A stretch of 32,000 bases of DNA from Thaumarchaeota archaeon casp-thauma3 (GTDB taxonomy: Archaea; Thermoproteota; Nitrososphaeria; Nitrososphaerales; Nitrosopumilaceae): the NCBI GenBank assembly GCA_001510275.1, contig LFEY01000028.1, forward strand, positions 10,607 to 42,606, read 5' to 3'. Below, in pieces: positions 15,528 through 25,013 of this stretch (within the stretch, counting starts at the first letter, position 1; every line of letters starts with the position of its first letter). The notes below the pieces were generated by a model. The model worked only from the letters and a program-made list of their open reading frames with translations. It was not told the origin of the DNA and ran no database searches. Both the position numbers and the translations under genes were made by a program.

Positions 15528-16882
15528 CTTGGAGTAACCGATGAACTTTTTTGAATTTGTAAATCGTGTAATGTATATTTTCTAATATTCTCAAAGAATT
15601 TTATAATCATTTCAATTCCTGCAACAACCCTGGGGGCATTATTTTTTACAAATTCTATTCTTTCAGAACTAGATTTTGGTTTGTTATCAAGGTAATTTTG
15701 GTAAACTTTGGCCCCATCATAATCAACATATGCAATTCTTGCACTAAAGTCATTTCTCTCCAAAACAAGACTATCCCCACCCACAATTGCCGTATGATAT
15801 GGGTGAAGGATTAAGGATTCAGATAATTTTTGTGATGTTGCAATCTTGGCTTTTTGTAGATCAGATGCAAATGAATTGAAATCAGCTAAAAGATAAAAGG
15901 TTGCGTCAGGTTTTGTAGCCTTTACTCCTTCAATAGAAGATAATGCATGATATGTGTATTCGCCCATAATGTGATGAATATTTCTAGTTACATCAAAATA
16001 ATCATCAATTTCTTTACTAATTTCAAATCCTGCAATAGCTGCATGTTGAATTGGAGTAGATACTGCAGTAAACTCTGTTGCAAGAATTTTTTTAAATTGC
16101 TCTTTTAGGTCTATGGCATATTGTGGAAAAATTACATATCCTAATCTATAACCACCAGCAGCATGCGATTTTGATAAACCATTTGTAACAAATGTGCCTT
16201 CTGGATAAATTTTTCCCATGCTAACAAATTTTGAAAAATCATAAGTTGTCTGTGCATAAATCTCATCAGAGATAACGGTAATATTTTGTTCTCTGCATAC
16301 ATCTGCAATTTCTTCTAGTTCTAATCTATCATATAATAGACCAGTTGGATTATTAGGATTATTTAAGATCAAAATCTTTTGTCTATCCTGTAACCTAAGT
16401 TCTAATTTTCTCAGATCATTAGGAGAAATTTTTTTATTTGCACGAGTTGGCAACATATGATAATTTTTCTTTAAAAATCTAATTTGTGGAAGATATCCTA
16501 ACCAAGCAGGAGTTGGTAAAATTACGGTTCCATGTAAAATTTCTAAAAGATTAAAAATTAATTCCTTAGTTCCAGGTCCAACATAGATTCGCTCAGAAGC
16601 TATATCCATTCCAAAATAATGTTTGTTGTATTTTGAAATAGCATTACGCAATTCAGGAATTCCTGAGACAGGGGCATATGCACCTTTATCAGCATTTTTG
16701 ATTAGTGCTTCTTGAATTAATTTAGGTACAGGAAATGGGGATTGTCCAAATGCAAACCCATAGTAACCAAAACTACACTCAGGATGAGGGCAGGTAGAAT
16801 GAAATTCTTTCAAAAATGTGTTTAATTTGAGATTCTCAGGCATCTCAATGTCTTCAACCTGCTGATCAACTATGAATTTCAA
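15524..16882 (-). CDS. PLP-dependent aminotransferase, class I/II fold
   Basis: 452 aa. It has NNPNNPTG, the SDEIY motif and the PLP-lysine motif GLSKSHAAGGYRLGY. Substrate is unknown. Confidence 0.85.
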   Translation of the reverse strand: MKFIVDQQVEDIEMPENLKLNTFLKEFHSTCPHPECSFGYYGFAFGQSPFPVPKLIQEALIKNADKGAYAPVSGIPELRNAISKYNKHYFGMDIASERIYVGPGTKELIFNLLEILHGTVILPTPAWLGYLPQIRFLKKNYHMLPTRANKKISPNDLRKLELRLQDRQKILILNNPNNPTGLLYDRLELEEIADVCREQNITVISDEIYAQTTYDFSKFVSMGKIYPEGTFVTNGLSKSHAAGGYRLGYVIFPQYAIDLKEQFKKILATEFTAVSTPIQHAAIAGFEISKEIDDYFDVTRNIHHIMGEYTYHALSSIEGVKATKPDATFYLLADFNSFASDLQKAKIATSQKLSESLILHPYHTAIVGGDSLVLERNDFSARIAYVDYDGAKVYQNYLDNKPKSSSERIEFVKNNAPRVVAGIEMIIKFFENIRKYTLHDLQIQKSSSVTPS

Positions 16883-16952
16883 TGATTATAGTTTGTCTGA
16901 TTAAATTTAGATGTAACGCATGAAATACTAAATATAAAAAAGGTGGGTTTTC

Positions 16953-18878
16953 TTAACCTAATTTCTGGATTTCATCTAAAACATGTGGATTCTCAAGGGA
17001 CGATAGATCCCCAAGATTTTGGCCTAATAATTTTGATTTTAATAATCGACGCATAATTTTACCTGTTCTTGTTTTGGGTAAATCAGATAACTGAAAAACA
17101 AGTTTTGGTCTTGCAATTTTACCAATCTTTTCAGAGAGATGTTTAGAAACTTCAGATTCTAGGCCAGTTTCAGATTTATCATCAGATACAAAAAATACAA
17201 CGATTGCTTCTCCTGTAATATCATCTGGAATAGCAATGGATGCTGCATCCGATATTTTCTTATGTGAAATTACTGCATGTTCAATTTCAGCGGTACTCAT
17301 TCTATGACCTGAAACATTAATCACATCATCAGTTCTACCACGCATATACCAAAGATTGTCTTCATCAACATAGACATAATCTCCATGAAACCAAACATTT
17401 TCAAATTGTGACCAATAAGTTTCAAGATATCTTTTATCATCATTTAGTAATCCTCTAGTCATTGCAGGCCAAGGTGATTTGATAACCAGGTAGCCATTTT
17501 GTTTTTGTATAGAATTTCCATCATCATCAAATACATCTAGATTCATCCCAGGGACTGGGATTCCAACAGTAGATGGTTTTAGTTTCATTCCAGGAAATAC
17601 AGATAACATTGCACCTCCAATTTCAGTACCACCTGACAAATTCATAATAGGAATACTCTTGTTGCCTACTTTTTCAAATAACCACCACCATGAATCCTCA
17701 TCAAGTGGTTCCCCCGTAGTTGGAATGTTTTTGATTTTATCTAACGAATATGATTTTAATGGTTCGACATTATTTTTTTTAAATAATCTTACTGCAGTTG
17801 GAGATATCCCAAAAATGGTTGCCTGATAATCATGTAACATCTTCCATATTCTATCAATTGTTGGAAAATCTATTGCACCATCATAAATTACAGCACTAGC
17901 CCCCATTATCAAAAGACCATAAACATTCCATACTAATCCTGTAATCCAGCCAACATCTGCAGGCCAAAATAATACGTCATTTTCATGCGTATCAATGAGA
18001 TATGCTGCTTGGTGCCCTGCAAAAACAGAGAATCCTCCATGAGTATGAATCACTCCTTTAGGCTTACCTGTTGTGCCTGACGTATACAAAATAAACAATG
18101 GATCCTCTGAATCTAAAATTTCTGTGTTACAAATATCGCTTTGAGAAGATACTAGACTATCATAAAAAATTACTTTATCTGATTTATTATAATTATCAAT
18201 TCCTTTGTATGAAACTATAATAGTTTTTTCAACACTAGTATCATTGATTGCAGTTTCGGCATTTTGTTTTTGAGATACTGGTTTTCCTTTTCTATAAAAT
18301 CCATCAGAGACAAAGAGAATTTTTGCCTTACAATCTTGTAATCGTATATGTAAAGATTCTGAACTATACCCAGAAAAGATTACAGTTTGTACTGCACCAA
18401 TTTTTGAAGCTGCAAGTATTGCCAATATTGCTTCTTCAATCATTGGCAAGTAAATTGCAACGACATCTCCTTTTTTTACTCCAAGGGATTTAAGGCCATT
18501 TGTAAGTTTTGATACTTTGGAATCTAATTCTGAATATGAAATCTTTGATGTTTGTCCGTCTTCAGATACAAAATGATATGCGATATTTTTAGGGTTTTTT
18601 TTCGCAAATTTCTCAACAGATGATTTATAGATATTTGTTTTACCGTTTACAAACCACTTTGACCATGCAATTCCTTTAGAAATATCTAGTGTTTTAGTGT
18701 AAGGTGCATCCCAAACAATTTCAATATCCTTATCCACTGATTGCCAGAACCATTCCAAATCATCTTTAGCTTTTTGAGTTAATTCTTCTAATGATGATAT
18801 ACAATGTTTTTTCATAAACTGAAAGATGTTTGATTCTTGGATTTGTTTTTCAGTTGGAATAAATTCAAAATTAGACAA
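16953..18878 (-). CDS. AMP-forming acyl-CoA synthetase (acetyl-CoA synthetase-like)
   Basis: 641 aa. It has the AMP-binding signature YTSGTTGKPKGV, an Acs-like N-terminal region (WFVNGKTNI), GRTDDVINVSGHRMST and the C-terminal PKTRTGKIMRR. Acyl substrate is not determinable here. Confidence 0.85.
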   Translation of the reverse strand: MSNFEFIPTEKQIQESNIFQFMKKHCISSLEELTQKAKDDLEWFWQSVDKDIEIVWDAPYTKTLDISKGIAWSKWFVNGKTNIYKSSVEKFAKKNPKNIAYHFVSEDGQTSKISYSELDSKVSKLTNGLKSLGVKKGDVVAIYLPMIEEAILAILAASKIGAVQTVIFSGYSSESLHIRLQDCKAKILFVSDGFYRKGKPVSQKQNAETAINDTSVEKTIIVSYKGIDNYNKSDKVIFYDSLVSSQSDICNTEILDSEDPLFILYTSGTTGKPKGVIHTHGGFSVFAGHQAAYLIDTHENDVLFWPADVGWITGLVWNVYGLLIMGASAVIYDGAIDFPTIDRIWKMLHDYQATIFGISPTAVRLFKKNNVEPLKSYSLDKIKNIPTTGEPLDEDSWWWLFEKVGNKSIPIMNLSGGTEIGGAMLSVFPGMKLKPSTVGIPVPGMNLDVFDDDGNSIQKQNGYLVIKSPWPAMTRGLLNDDKRYLETYWSQFENVWFHGDYVYVDEDNLWYMRGRTDDVINVSGHRMSTAEIEHAVISHKKISDAASIAIPDDITGEAIVVFFVSDDKSETGLESEVSKHLSEKIGKIARPKLVFQLSDLPKTRTGKIMRRLLKSKLLGQNLGDLSSLENPHVLDEIQKLG

Positions 18879-18885
18879 GATACAA

Positions 18886-18911
18886 TTTTTACAAACTCAA
18901 GAGTGTAAAAA
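18886..18911. repeat. Perfect 8-bp inverted repeat TTTTTACA-N10-TGTAAAAA (hairpin-capable) between the operon end and the acyl-CoA synthetase start
   Basis: Read directly: the arms are at 18886-18893 and 18904-18911. The repeat sits in the 44-bp spacer between the 87-aa ORF stop (18923) and the synthetase ATG (18878). Confidence 0.6.
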
Positions 18912-18922
18912 GATTTTTTGAT

Positions 18923-19186
18923 TTATGAGATATCTATTCCAAGACGTCTTGCACATGCAATTGCAGCTTTTCCATCATCTTCAGTAATACCTGCTTTTAG
19001 GAATTTTTCAGTCCAGTCAGTTCCAGAATTCATGGTGTTTTCATGATAGTATTCACGTAAAATCACCCCTATCTGGACATCTAATCTGGCTCTAGTGGCA
19101 TTATTCATGCCTGCCTGAAGGATAGTAGCATCAGAAGTTGCAAGTATTTTGATGAATTCAATATCTTCTAGTGATAGATCAGTCAT
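18923..19186 (-). CDS. Hypothetical protein (87 aa), last gene of the aspS-gatCAB transcription unit
   Basis: Track ORF with an ATG start 3 nt after the gatB stop on the same strand. I recognise no family. Confidence 0.6.
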   Translation of the reverse strand: MTDLSLEDIEFIKILATSDATILQAGMNNATRARLDVQIGVILREYYHENTMNSGTDWTEKFLKAGITEDDGKAAIACARRLGIDIS

Positions 19187-19189
19187 GAA

Positions 19190-20593
19190 TTATCCTAATT
19201 GTTTTTTTAGTAAATCCAGAGTCAGTGTAGGATCTGCTTTTCCTTTTGTCTTTTGCATTACTTTTCCAACTAGATAGTTAATTGTCTGAGGATTAGATTT
19301 TGCTTGCTCTACTGCTTGAGGCTCTTCTGAAATAACTTTTTGAATTATTCCTAATAGTTCTGATTCATCAGATACATTTCCAAGATCCAATTCTAAAATT
19401 ATCTGAGATAATCCCTTTCCAGTCTTTACAATTTCATGCAATGCATTTTTAGCAGAATTTCTAGAAATTTTTCCAGATTGAATAGAGTCAGCTAAATCTT
19501 TTAGATGTGTTGCAGTGATTTTTGATTCTTCACGTTTTTCTCGCGTATCTACTAGACCCATTAAATCAGTTGTAATAATATTTGCAACTTCTTTGGCATT
19601 AGATTCAGTATGGGATTCTTCAAATAAATCAGAATAAAATTTGTCTGATGATAAAACATCTGCAACTTGTCCTGGAATATTGTATTTTGAAACATATCTT
19701 TCTTTTTTGGAGCTAATGCTTTCAGGCATTTCAGATTTTAATTTCTCTTTAATCTCAGAATCAATTGTAACCCAAGGTATGTCCCCTTCTAGAAAATAGC
19801 GATAATCCAAATCTTCTTCTTTGGAACGTGATGAAATTGTTATTTTTCTCTGGTCATCCCAATGACGTGTTTCTTGAATTATTTCTATATCTCTAGAATG
19901 CAAGCTTTCTTGTCTTGTAATTTCAAAGTGTGTGGCTTTTTCTAAATCATGAAAAGAACCAATATTTTTGATTTCAACTTTTTTTCCTCCTTCAATTGAA
20001 ACATTAGCATCCGCCCTCATTGCACCCTCCAAACCAGGATCTGATACCCCAAGGTTTTCAAGCAAATCAGATAAAATGTTAAGAAAGTCTCTAACCTGCT
20101 TTGGGCTCTCAAAATCAGGTTCTGTAACAATTTCAACTAGGGGGGTACCTGCACGATTGTAATCAGCCAATGTGATTAAATTTTTCGATGAACTGCCTTC
20201 ATAGATTAATCTGCCAGGGTCTTCTTCTAGTTGAATTCTGGTGATATTGATTTTTTTATCACCGACCATTATTGAGCCTGCACCACCAATGCTAGTATCT
20301 CCATAGATGTTTAGCTGAGTAATTTGAAAGTTTTTTGGCAAATCTGGATAAAAATAATTTTTTCTAAAAAATGCAATTTTTTCAGGAGTACTACAATTAA
20401 GTGCTATTGCAATCATTGTTGCTTTTTTTACTGCTTCTTGATTTAATCGTGGTAAACTTCCTGGTAAACCAACACAAATAGGGCAGATATTCTCATTGAT
20501 TCCAAACTCTCTATAGTTTGCTTTACATGAACAAAACAATTTGCTCTCCAAGTTTGTCAATTGGCAGTGAATTTCTAATCCAATCTTTGTCAA
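19190..20593 (-). CDS. gatB: Asp-tRNA(Asn)/Glu-tRNA(Gln) amidotransferase subunit B
   Basis: 467 aa. It has the N-terminus KIGLEIHCQL, CPICVGLPG and a C-terminal YqeY-like tail. The TTG start overlaps the gatA TGA stop (TTGA). Confidence 0.95.
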   Translation of the reverse strand: MTKIGLEIHCQLTNLESKLFCSCKANYREFGINENICPICVGLPGSLPRLNQEAVKKATMIAIALNCSTPEKIAFFRKNYFYPDLPKNFQITQLNIYGDTSIGGAGSIMVGDKKINITRIQLEEDPGRLIYEGSSSKNLITLADYNRAGTPLVEIVTEPDFESPKQVRDFLNILSDLLENLGVSDPGLEGAMRADANVSIEGGKKVEIKNIGSFHDLEKATHFEITRQESLHSRDIEIIQETRHWDDQRKITISSRSKEEDLDYRYFLEGDIPWVTIDSEIKEKLKSEMPESISSKKERYVSKYNIPGQVADVLSSDKFYSDLFEESHTESNAKEVANIITTDLMGLVDTREKREESKITATHLKDLADSIQSGKISRNSAKNALHEIVKTGKGLSQIILELDLGNVSDESELLGIIQKVISEEPQAVEQAKSNPQTINYLVGKVMQKTKGKADPTLTLDLLKKQLG

Positions 20594-22035
20594 ATTGGAA
20601 CCTCCGGTAATGTAACAGTCTGCTCTAATGCGTATGCAGCTTGTAGTAGTAATTTATCTTGCATAGAATCTGCCAATAATTGTATACCAATTGGTAATCC
20701 ATTAGATATAGCAAATGGTACTGAGATTGCAGGTTTTCCTGTAAGATTTGCAGTAACAGTATTGATATCGACTAAAAATAATGAAACAGGATCATCAATT
20801 TTTTCTCCAATTTTAAATGGCATGATTGGAACAGTTGGTGCAATTAAAAGATCAAATTTCTTAAAGGCTTCATTTATTTCTCTGGTAAGTTTGCTTTTTA
20901 CTTTCATGGCCTTTAGGAAATATTTTCCTGCATGACCTGCAGATGGAACAAATCCTCCAATTATCATTCTTCGTATAACTTCTGGACCAAAGTTTTCTCG
21001 CGCTTTAGAAATATAAGAATTAAACTCGTAACCTTCAACAGGAAAATCATATCCATATCTTAGATTATCATATCTAGCAAGATTACTTCCAGCTTCTGTA
21101 GCAGTAATTGTATAGTATGCTGCAACAGAATATTTTACCATATCTAGTGATACTTCTTCACATATAGCCCCAAGACTTTCTAATTTTGATATGGCATCTT
21201 TTGTTGCAGATAAAACGGCAGGATCAATGCCATCTCCAATCATCTCTTTGATTATTCCGATTTTCTTACCTTCTATTCCTGAATCAATTTCTGAAAGATA
21301 GTCTTCATTTTTGTTATCTACAGTTGTGTTATCATTAGGATCTAATCCAGAAATAATGTTTAGTATAAAGGCTGCATCTTTTACAGTTCTAGTAAGAGGT
21401 CCAATTTGCTCTATACTGTTTGCATAAGAAATTAAGCCATATCTACTGATTAGACCATACGTTGGTTTGTAGCCAACTGTAGAACAAAAGCTTGCAGGAT
21501 TTCTAACAGAGCCACCAGTATCAGAGCCTAATGATGCAACACACTCAAAAGCACTTACAGAAACTGCACTACCACCAGAAGAACCACCTGGAACGTATTC
21601 AGTATTCCATGGATTTTTACTTGGACCAAATGCACTAAATTCAGTTGTTAATCCCATAGCAAATTCATCAAGATTTACTTTTCCAACAAATATAGCGTCT
21701 TCTTCTTTTAGTTTTGTTATAACAGTTGCATCATAAGGAGCAACAAAGTTTTCAAGCATTTTTGAAGCACATGTAGTCTTGCTGTCTTTAATGCAAATGT
21801 TGTCTTTAATTGAAATTGGCATTCCAAAACATGCGCCAACTTTATCTCCTGATTTTACTTTCTTGTCAATTACTCGTGCTTGATCAATTGCCTTTTCATT
21901 AACAGATAGAAAAGCATGAAGTTTATCATCAACACTTTGTATTCTTTCTAAGGTTTTTGCAACAAAATCCTCAGCAGAGATATTTCCATTTTTTACTTCT
22001 TGGACAAATTCAAGAGCAGGAATTTTAAGATTCAT
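20590..22035 (-). CDS. gatA: Asp-tRNA(Asn)/Glu-tRNA(Gln) amidotransferase subunit A (amidase signature enzyme)
   Basis: 481 aa. It carries the amidase signature GGSSGGSAVSV ... GSDTGGSVRNPASF. The ATG overlaps the gatC stop by 1 nt (TAATG). Confidence 0.95.
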   Translation of the reverse strand: MNLKIPALEFVQEVKNGNISAEDFVAKTLERIQSVDDKLHAFLSVNEKAIDQARVIDKKVKSGDKVGACFGMPISIKDNICIKDSKTTCASKMLENFVAPYDATVITKLKEEDAIFVGKVNLDEFAMGLTTEFSAFGPSKNPWNTEYVPGGSSGGSAVSVSAFECVASLGSDTGGSVRNPASFCSTVGYKPTYGLISRYGLISYANSIEQIGPLTRTVKDAAFILNIISGLDPNDNTTVDNKNEDYLSEIDSGIEGKKIGIIKEMIGDGIDPAVLSATKDAISKLESLGAICEEVSLDMVKYSVAAYYTITATEAGSNLARYDNLRYGYDFPVEGYEFNSYISKARENFGPEVIRRMIIGGFVPSAGHAGKYFLKAMKVKSKLTREINEAFKKFDLLIAPTVPIMPFKIGEKIDDPVSLFLVDINTVTANLTGKPAISVPFAISNGLPIGIQLLADSMQDKLLLQAAYALEQTVTLPEVPI

Positions 22036-22301
22036 TAAGACATCTTTGGTGCACGAACATAGGTTCCTTTGTAGTTCTTTAATTTCTCAATTAGTTTTTC
22101 ATTAAATGGAATGTACTTGTCTTCTCGTAGATTAGAAATTGGAATCTCTTGCATTGTGATTTCTTCAGATTCAACACCTGCGGAATCTAAAACATCAAAA
22201 TAATCAATCATTGCATGTACTTTGTTTACATATTCTGCATAATCATCAATTTCAATTCGCATTAATTTTGCAACATGTTTAATTTCTTCTTCAGTAACCA
22301 T
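22035..22301 (-). CDS. gatC: Asp-tRNA(Asn)/Glu-tRNA(Gln) amidotransferase subunit C
   Basis: 88 aa. It starts EEIKHVAKLMRIEI as GatC does, and it sits between aspS and gatA. Confidence 0.9.
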   Translation of the reverse strand: MVTEEEIKHVAKLMRIEIDDYAEYVNKVHAMIDYFDVLDSAGVESEEITMQEIPISNLREDKYIPFNEKLIEKLKNYKGTYVRAPKMS

Positions 22302-22311
22302 TCACTTACAC

Positions 22312-23622
22312 CTAGGGTGTTAACCTATCAACATCTCTTGGATAAAATGTTACATCTCGAATATTTTCAGTCCCAGTAAGTGCCATAATTAGTCGCTCAA
22401 GGCCAATTCCACAACCAGCATGAGGTGGAACACCATAATCAAATGCACCAAGATGATACTCAAATGCATCAGTTTTCATTCCTTTATTCTTCATTCTTTC
22501 AGCTAATTCATCTCGTTTTTCAATTCTTGTACTACCTGAAGATAATTCCAAATCGCCAAACATCAAGTCAAAGGATTCAGAAATTTTAGGATTTGATTTA
22601 CTATCCTTTACGTAAAATGGTTTTGGGGCCAAAGGCCAATCAGTGATAAAGTAAAAACCATCAAGGCCAATTTTTTTGAGATTAGATGGATACAAATCAT
22701 CGCCCCATTCAATTTTTGCACCTACCTTTTGCATTTTTTCTACTAATTCATCATAAGAATATCTCGGAATAGTTTCAGGAATAGATGGAATTAGAAATTC
22801 TGCATCAGGATGATCTTTTACATAATCATTAACAGTTTTAATTGAAATTTTGATAATATCTTCTATTCTATTCATTACATCATTGTAATCAATGAATGCC
22901 TCTTCCAAATCAATAGAGATTGCTTCTGCCAAGTGGCGGTTAGTTCTTGATGGTTCTGCTCTAAAAATAGGAGCAATCTCAAAGACTTTTTCAAAACTCA
23001 TTGTTAATTGTTCTTTGTACAATTGTGGGCTTTGAGCCAAGAAAGCTTCTTTGTTATAATAAAATATTGCAAATAGTGCAGCCCCACCTTCAGTAGCTGT
23101 TGCAATCATTTTAGGAGTATTAATTTCAGTAAATTTTTCAGAATAAAAATAATCTCTAATTGATTTTAACACTAAACTTCTAGCATTGAAAATATGTTGA
23201 AGACTCTTACGTCTAAGATCAATTGGTCTTACCTCAAGTCGAGTATCAATATTTTTTACAGTTTTTGCAGTAGGCTCAAAAGGCGGAATTTTTTCGACTT
23301 CTGAAAAGACTCTCAATTCTGTTGGAACTATTTCAAATCCACCAGGTGCTTTTTCAGATAATTTTACTTTTCCAATAATGGCAATTGAAGAATGAGCTTT
23401 CAGTGAAGATATTTTTTCAAGAATCTCATCTGGACAATCTCCCTTTTTTGCTATAACTGAGATATCGCCATTTTTGTCACGAATTGTAGCAAAACTAATG
23501 TTGCCATGTCCTCTAACACTCAAAACCCAGCCCATAATGGTTACTTGATTTCCATCCATAGAGGAGGTAATTTCATCAGAATAGTGAGTTCTACGTAAAT
23601 TTCCTAATTCAGTTTCTATCAT
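22312..23622 (-). CDS. aspS: Aspartyl-tRNA synthetase, archaeal type (probably non-discriminating, given operon fusion with gatCAB)
   Basis: 436 aa. It has an N-terminal OB-fold anticodon-binding domain and class II motifs (FRAEPSRTNRHL, GCGIGLERL). Non-discrimination is inferred from context. Confidence 0.93.
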   Translation of the reverse strand: MIETELGNLRRTHYSDEITSSMDGNQVTIMGWVLSVRGHGNISFATIRDKNGDISVIAKKGDCPDEILEKISSLKAHSSIAIIGKVKLSEKAPGGFEIVPTELRVFSEVEKIPPFEPTAKTVKNIDTRLEVRPIDLRRKSLQHIFNARSLVLKSIRDYFYSEKFTEINTPKMIATATEGGAALFAIFYYNKEAFLAQSPQLYKEQLTMSFEKVFEIAPIFRAEPSRTNRHLAEAISIDLEEAFIDYNDVMNRIEDIIKISIKTVNDYVKDHPDAEFLIPSIPETIPRYSYDELVEKMQKVGAKIEWGDDLYPSNLKKIGLDGFYFITDWPLAPKPFYVKDSKSNPKISESFDLMFGDLELSSGSTRIEKRDELAERMKNKGMKTDAFEYHLGAFDYGVPPHAGCGIGLERLIMALTGTENIRDVTFYPRDVDRLTP

Positions 23623-23733
23623 AATTTACTTTACTCCATATTTCATGGTGTAATTAATTTTTACACATATGCCCCAACTCCTATTTTTCATAACTAGATT
23701 TACATTAAATTACTCTAATTTTTCATAAATATC

Positions 23734-23943
23734 GTGACTCTTACTGATAAAGAAAAGATGGTAGCAATCATCTCAAATGGAATTGCAGTTTTTTCTCTAT
23801 TACAAGAAAGAGATAGTCTTCCTGAAAATACAACAATGTATGATTTTGTGCTAAAGGTAGTTCCTGAAGATATCAAATCAGAATTAAGCATAGAATTGAT
23901 AGATGAGGTATTTCAGTATGTTTCATCCGCACATAGTTCATAA
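23734..23943 (+). CDS. Hypothetical protein (69 aa from GTG; 61 aa from ATG 23758)
   Basis: Track ORF upstream of and co-oriented with purP (27-nt gap). I recognise no family. Confidence 0.45.
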   Translation: MTLTDKEKMVAIISNGIAVFSLLQERDSLPENTTMYDFVLKVVPEDIKSELSIELIDEVFQYVSSAHSS

Positions 23944-23970
23944 AGTACAAAGTGTAAGGAAGAGCACAAT

Positions 23971-24996
23971 ATGACATCTATTGCTACACTTGGTTCTCAC
24001 TGTGCACTTCAAGTTCTCAAAGGTGCAAAAGATGAAGGTCTGAAAACAATACTAGTCTGTGAAAAAAAACGTGAAAAACTATATCGAAGATTTCCATTTA
24101 TTGATGAATTCATCATGGTTGATTCTTTTAATGAAGTACTAGATCAAAAGTGTCAATCAATTTTAGAGCAAAACAATGCAGTGTTAATTCCACATGGAAC
24201 ATTAATTGCACAAATGAGTTCTGAAGAAATTGAATCAATTAAAACTCCAGTCTTTGGTAACAAAATGATTCTAAGATGGGAAGCAGACAGAGAGATGAAA
24301 GAAAAACTCATGAGAGAAGCAAATCTACCTATGCCAAAACCAATATCAAATCCTAAAGACATCAACAACTTGGTAATTGTAAAAAGACAAGGAGCTGCTG
24401 GTGGAAAAGGATACTTTTTGGCAGCAAATGAAGATGATTATAACACAAAAAGAGAGCAGCTAATTTCAAAAGGAGTAATTTCAAAAGAGGAAACTTTGTA
24501 CATTCAAGAATATGCAGCAGGTGTATTAGCTTATTTACAATTCTTTTATTCTCCACTAAAAGAAGAACTAGAATTCTTTGGAGTTGATCAAAGACACGAA
24601 TCAGATATTGAAGGTCTATCTAGAATTCCATCAGAACAGCAACTAAAAAGCGACAAAGTTCCATCATTTAATGTCATTGGGAATAGTCCTCTAGTGTTAA
24701 GAGAATCACTGTTAGATGAAGTGTATAATATGGGAGAAAATTTTGTTGATGCATCTAAAAAACTAGTAGCGCCAGGTATGAATGGTCCATTTTGTATTGA
24801 AGGTGTTTATGATGAGAATGCAAAATTTACATCATTTGAATTTTCAGCAAGAATTGTTGCAGGAACCAACATCTACATGGATGGTTCTCCATACTATTCA
24901 CTCTTGTTTAATGAGCCTATGAGTATGGGTAAAAGAATTGCAAGAGAAGTTAAAACAGCCACTGAATCCAATCAATTAGACAAAGTTACAACCTAA
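23971..24996 (+). CDS. purP: 5-formaminoimidazole-4-carboxamide ribonucleotide (FAICAR) synthetase, archaeal ATP-grasp PurP
   Basis: 341 aa. The N-terminus IATLGSHCALQVLKGAKDEGLKT, ATP-grasp core and the C-terminal FEFSARIVAGTN are as I recall for PurP (IMP biosynthesis, archaea-specific). Confidence 0.85.
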   Translation: MTSIATLGSHCALQVLKGAKDEGLKTILVCEKKREKLYRRFPFIDEFIMVDSFNEVLDQKCQSILEQNNAVLIPHGTLIAQMSSEEIESIKTPVFGNKMILRWEADREMKEKLMREANLPMPKPISNPKDINNLVIVKRQGAAGGKGYFLAANEDDYNTKREQLISKGVISKEETLYIQEYAAGVLAYLQFFYSPLKEELEFFGVDQRHESDIEGLSRIPSEQQLKSDKVPSFNVIGNSPLVLRESLLDEVYNMGENFVDASKKLVAPGMNGPFCIEGVYDENAKFTSFEFSARIVAGTNIYMDGSPYYSLLFNEPMSMGKRIAREVKTATESNQLDKVTT

Positions 24997-25013
24997 AATT
25001 ACTAGGAAAAAAT

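Noticed and set aside
7564-18903. Recurrence of short words (AACTCAA at 7564, 14452 and 18894; AGCGATCAA at 7557 and 9831) as a possible dispersed motif
   Set aside because: Words of 7-9 nt are expected to recur by chance in 64 kb of two-strand AT-rich sequence, and their positions relative to genes are inconsistent.
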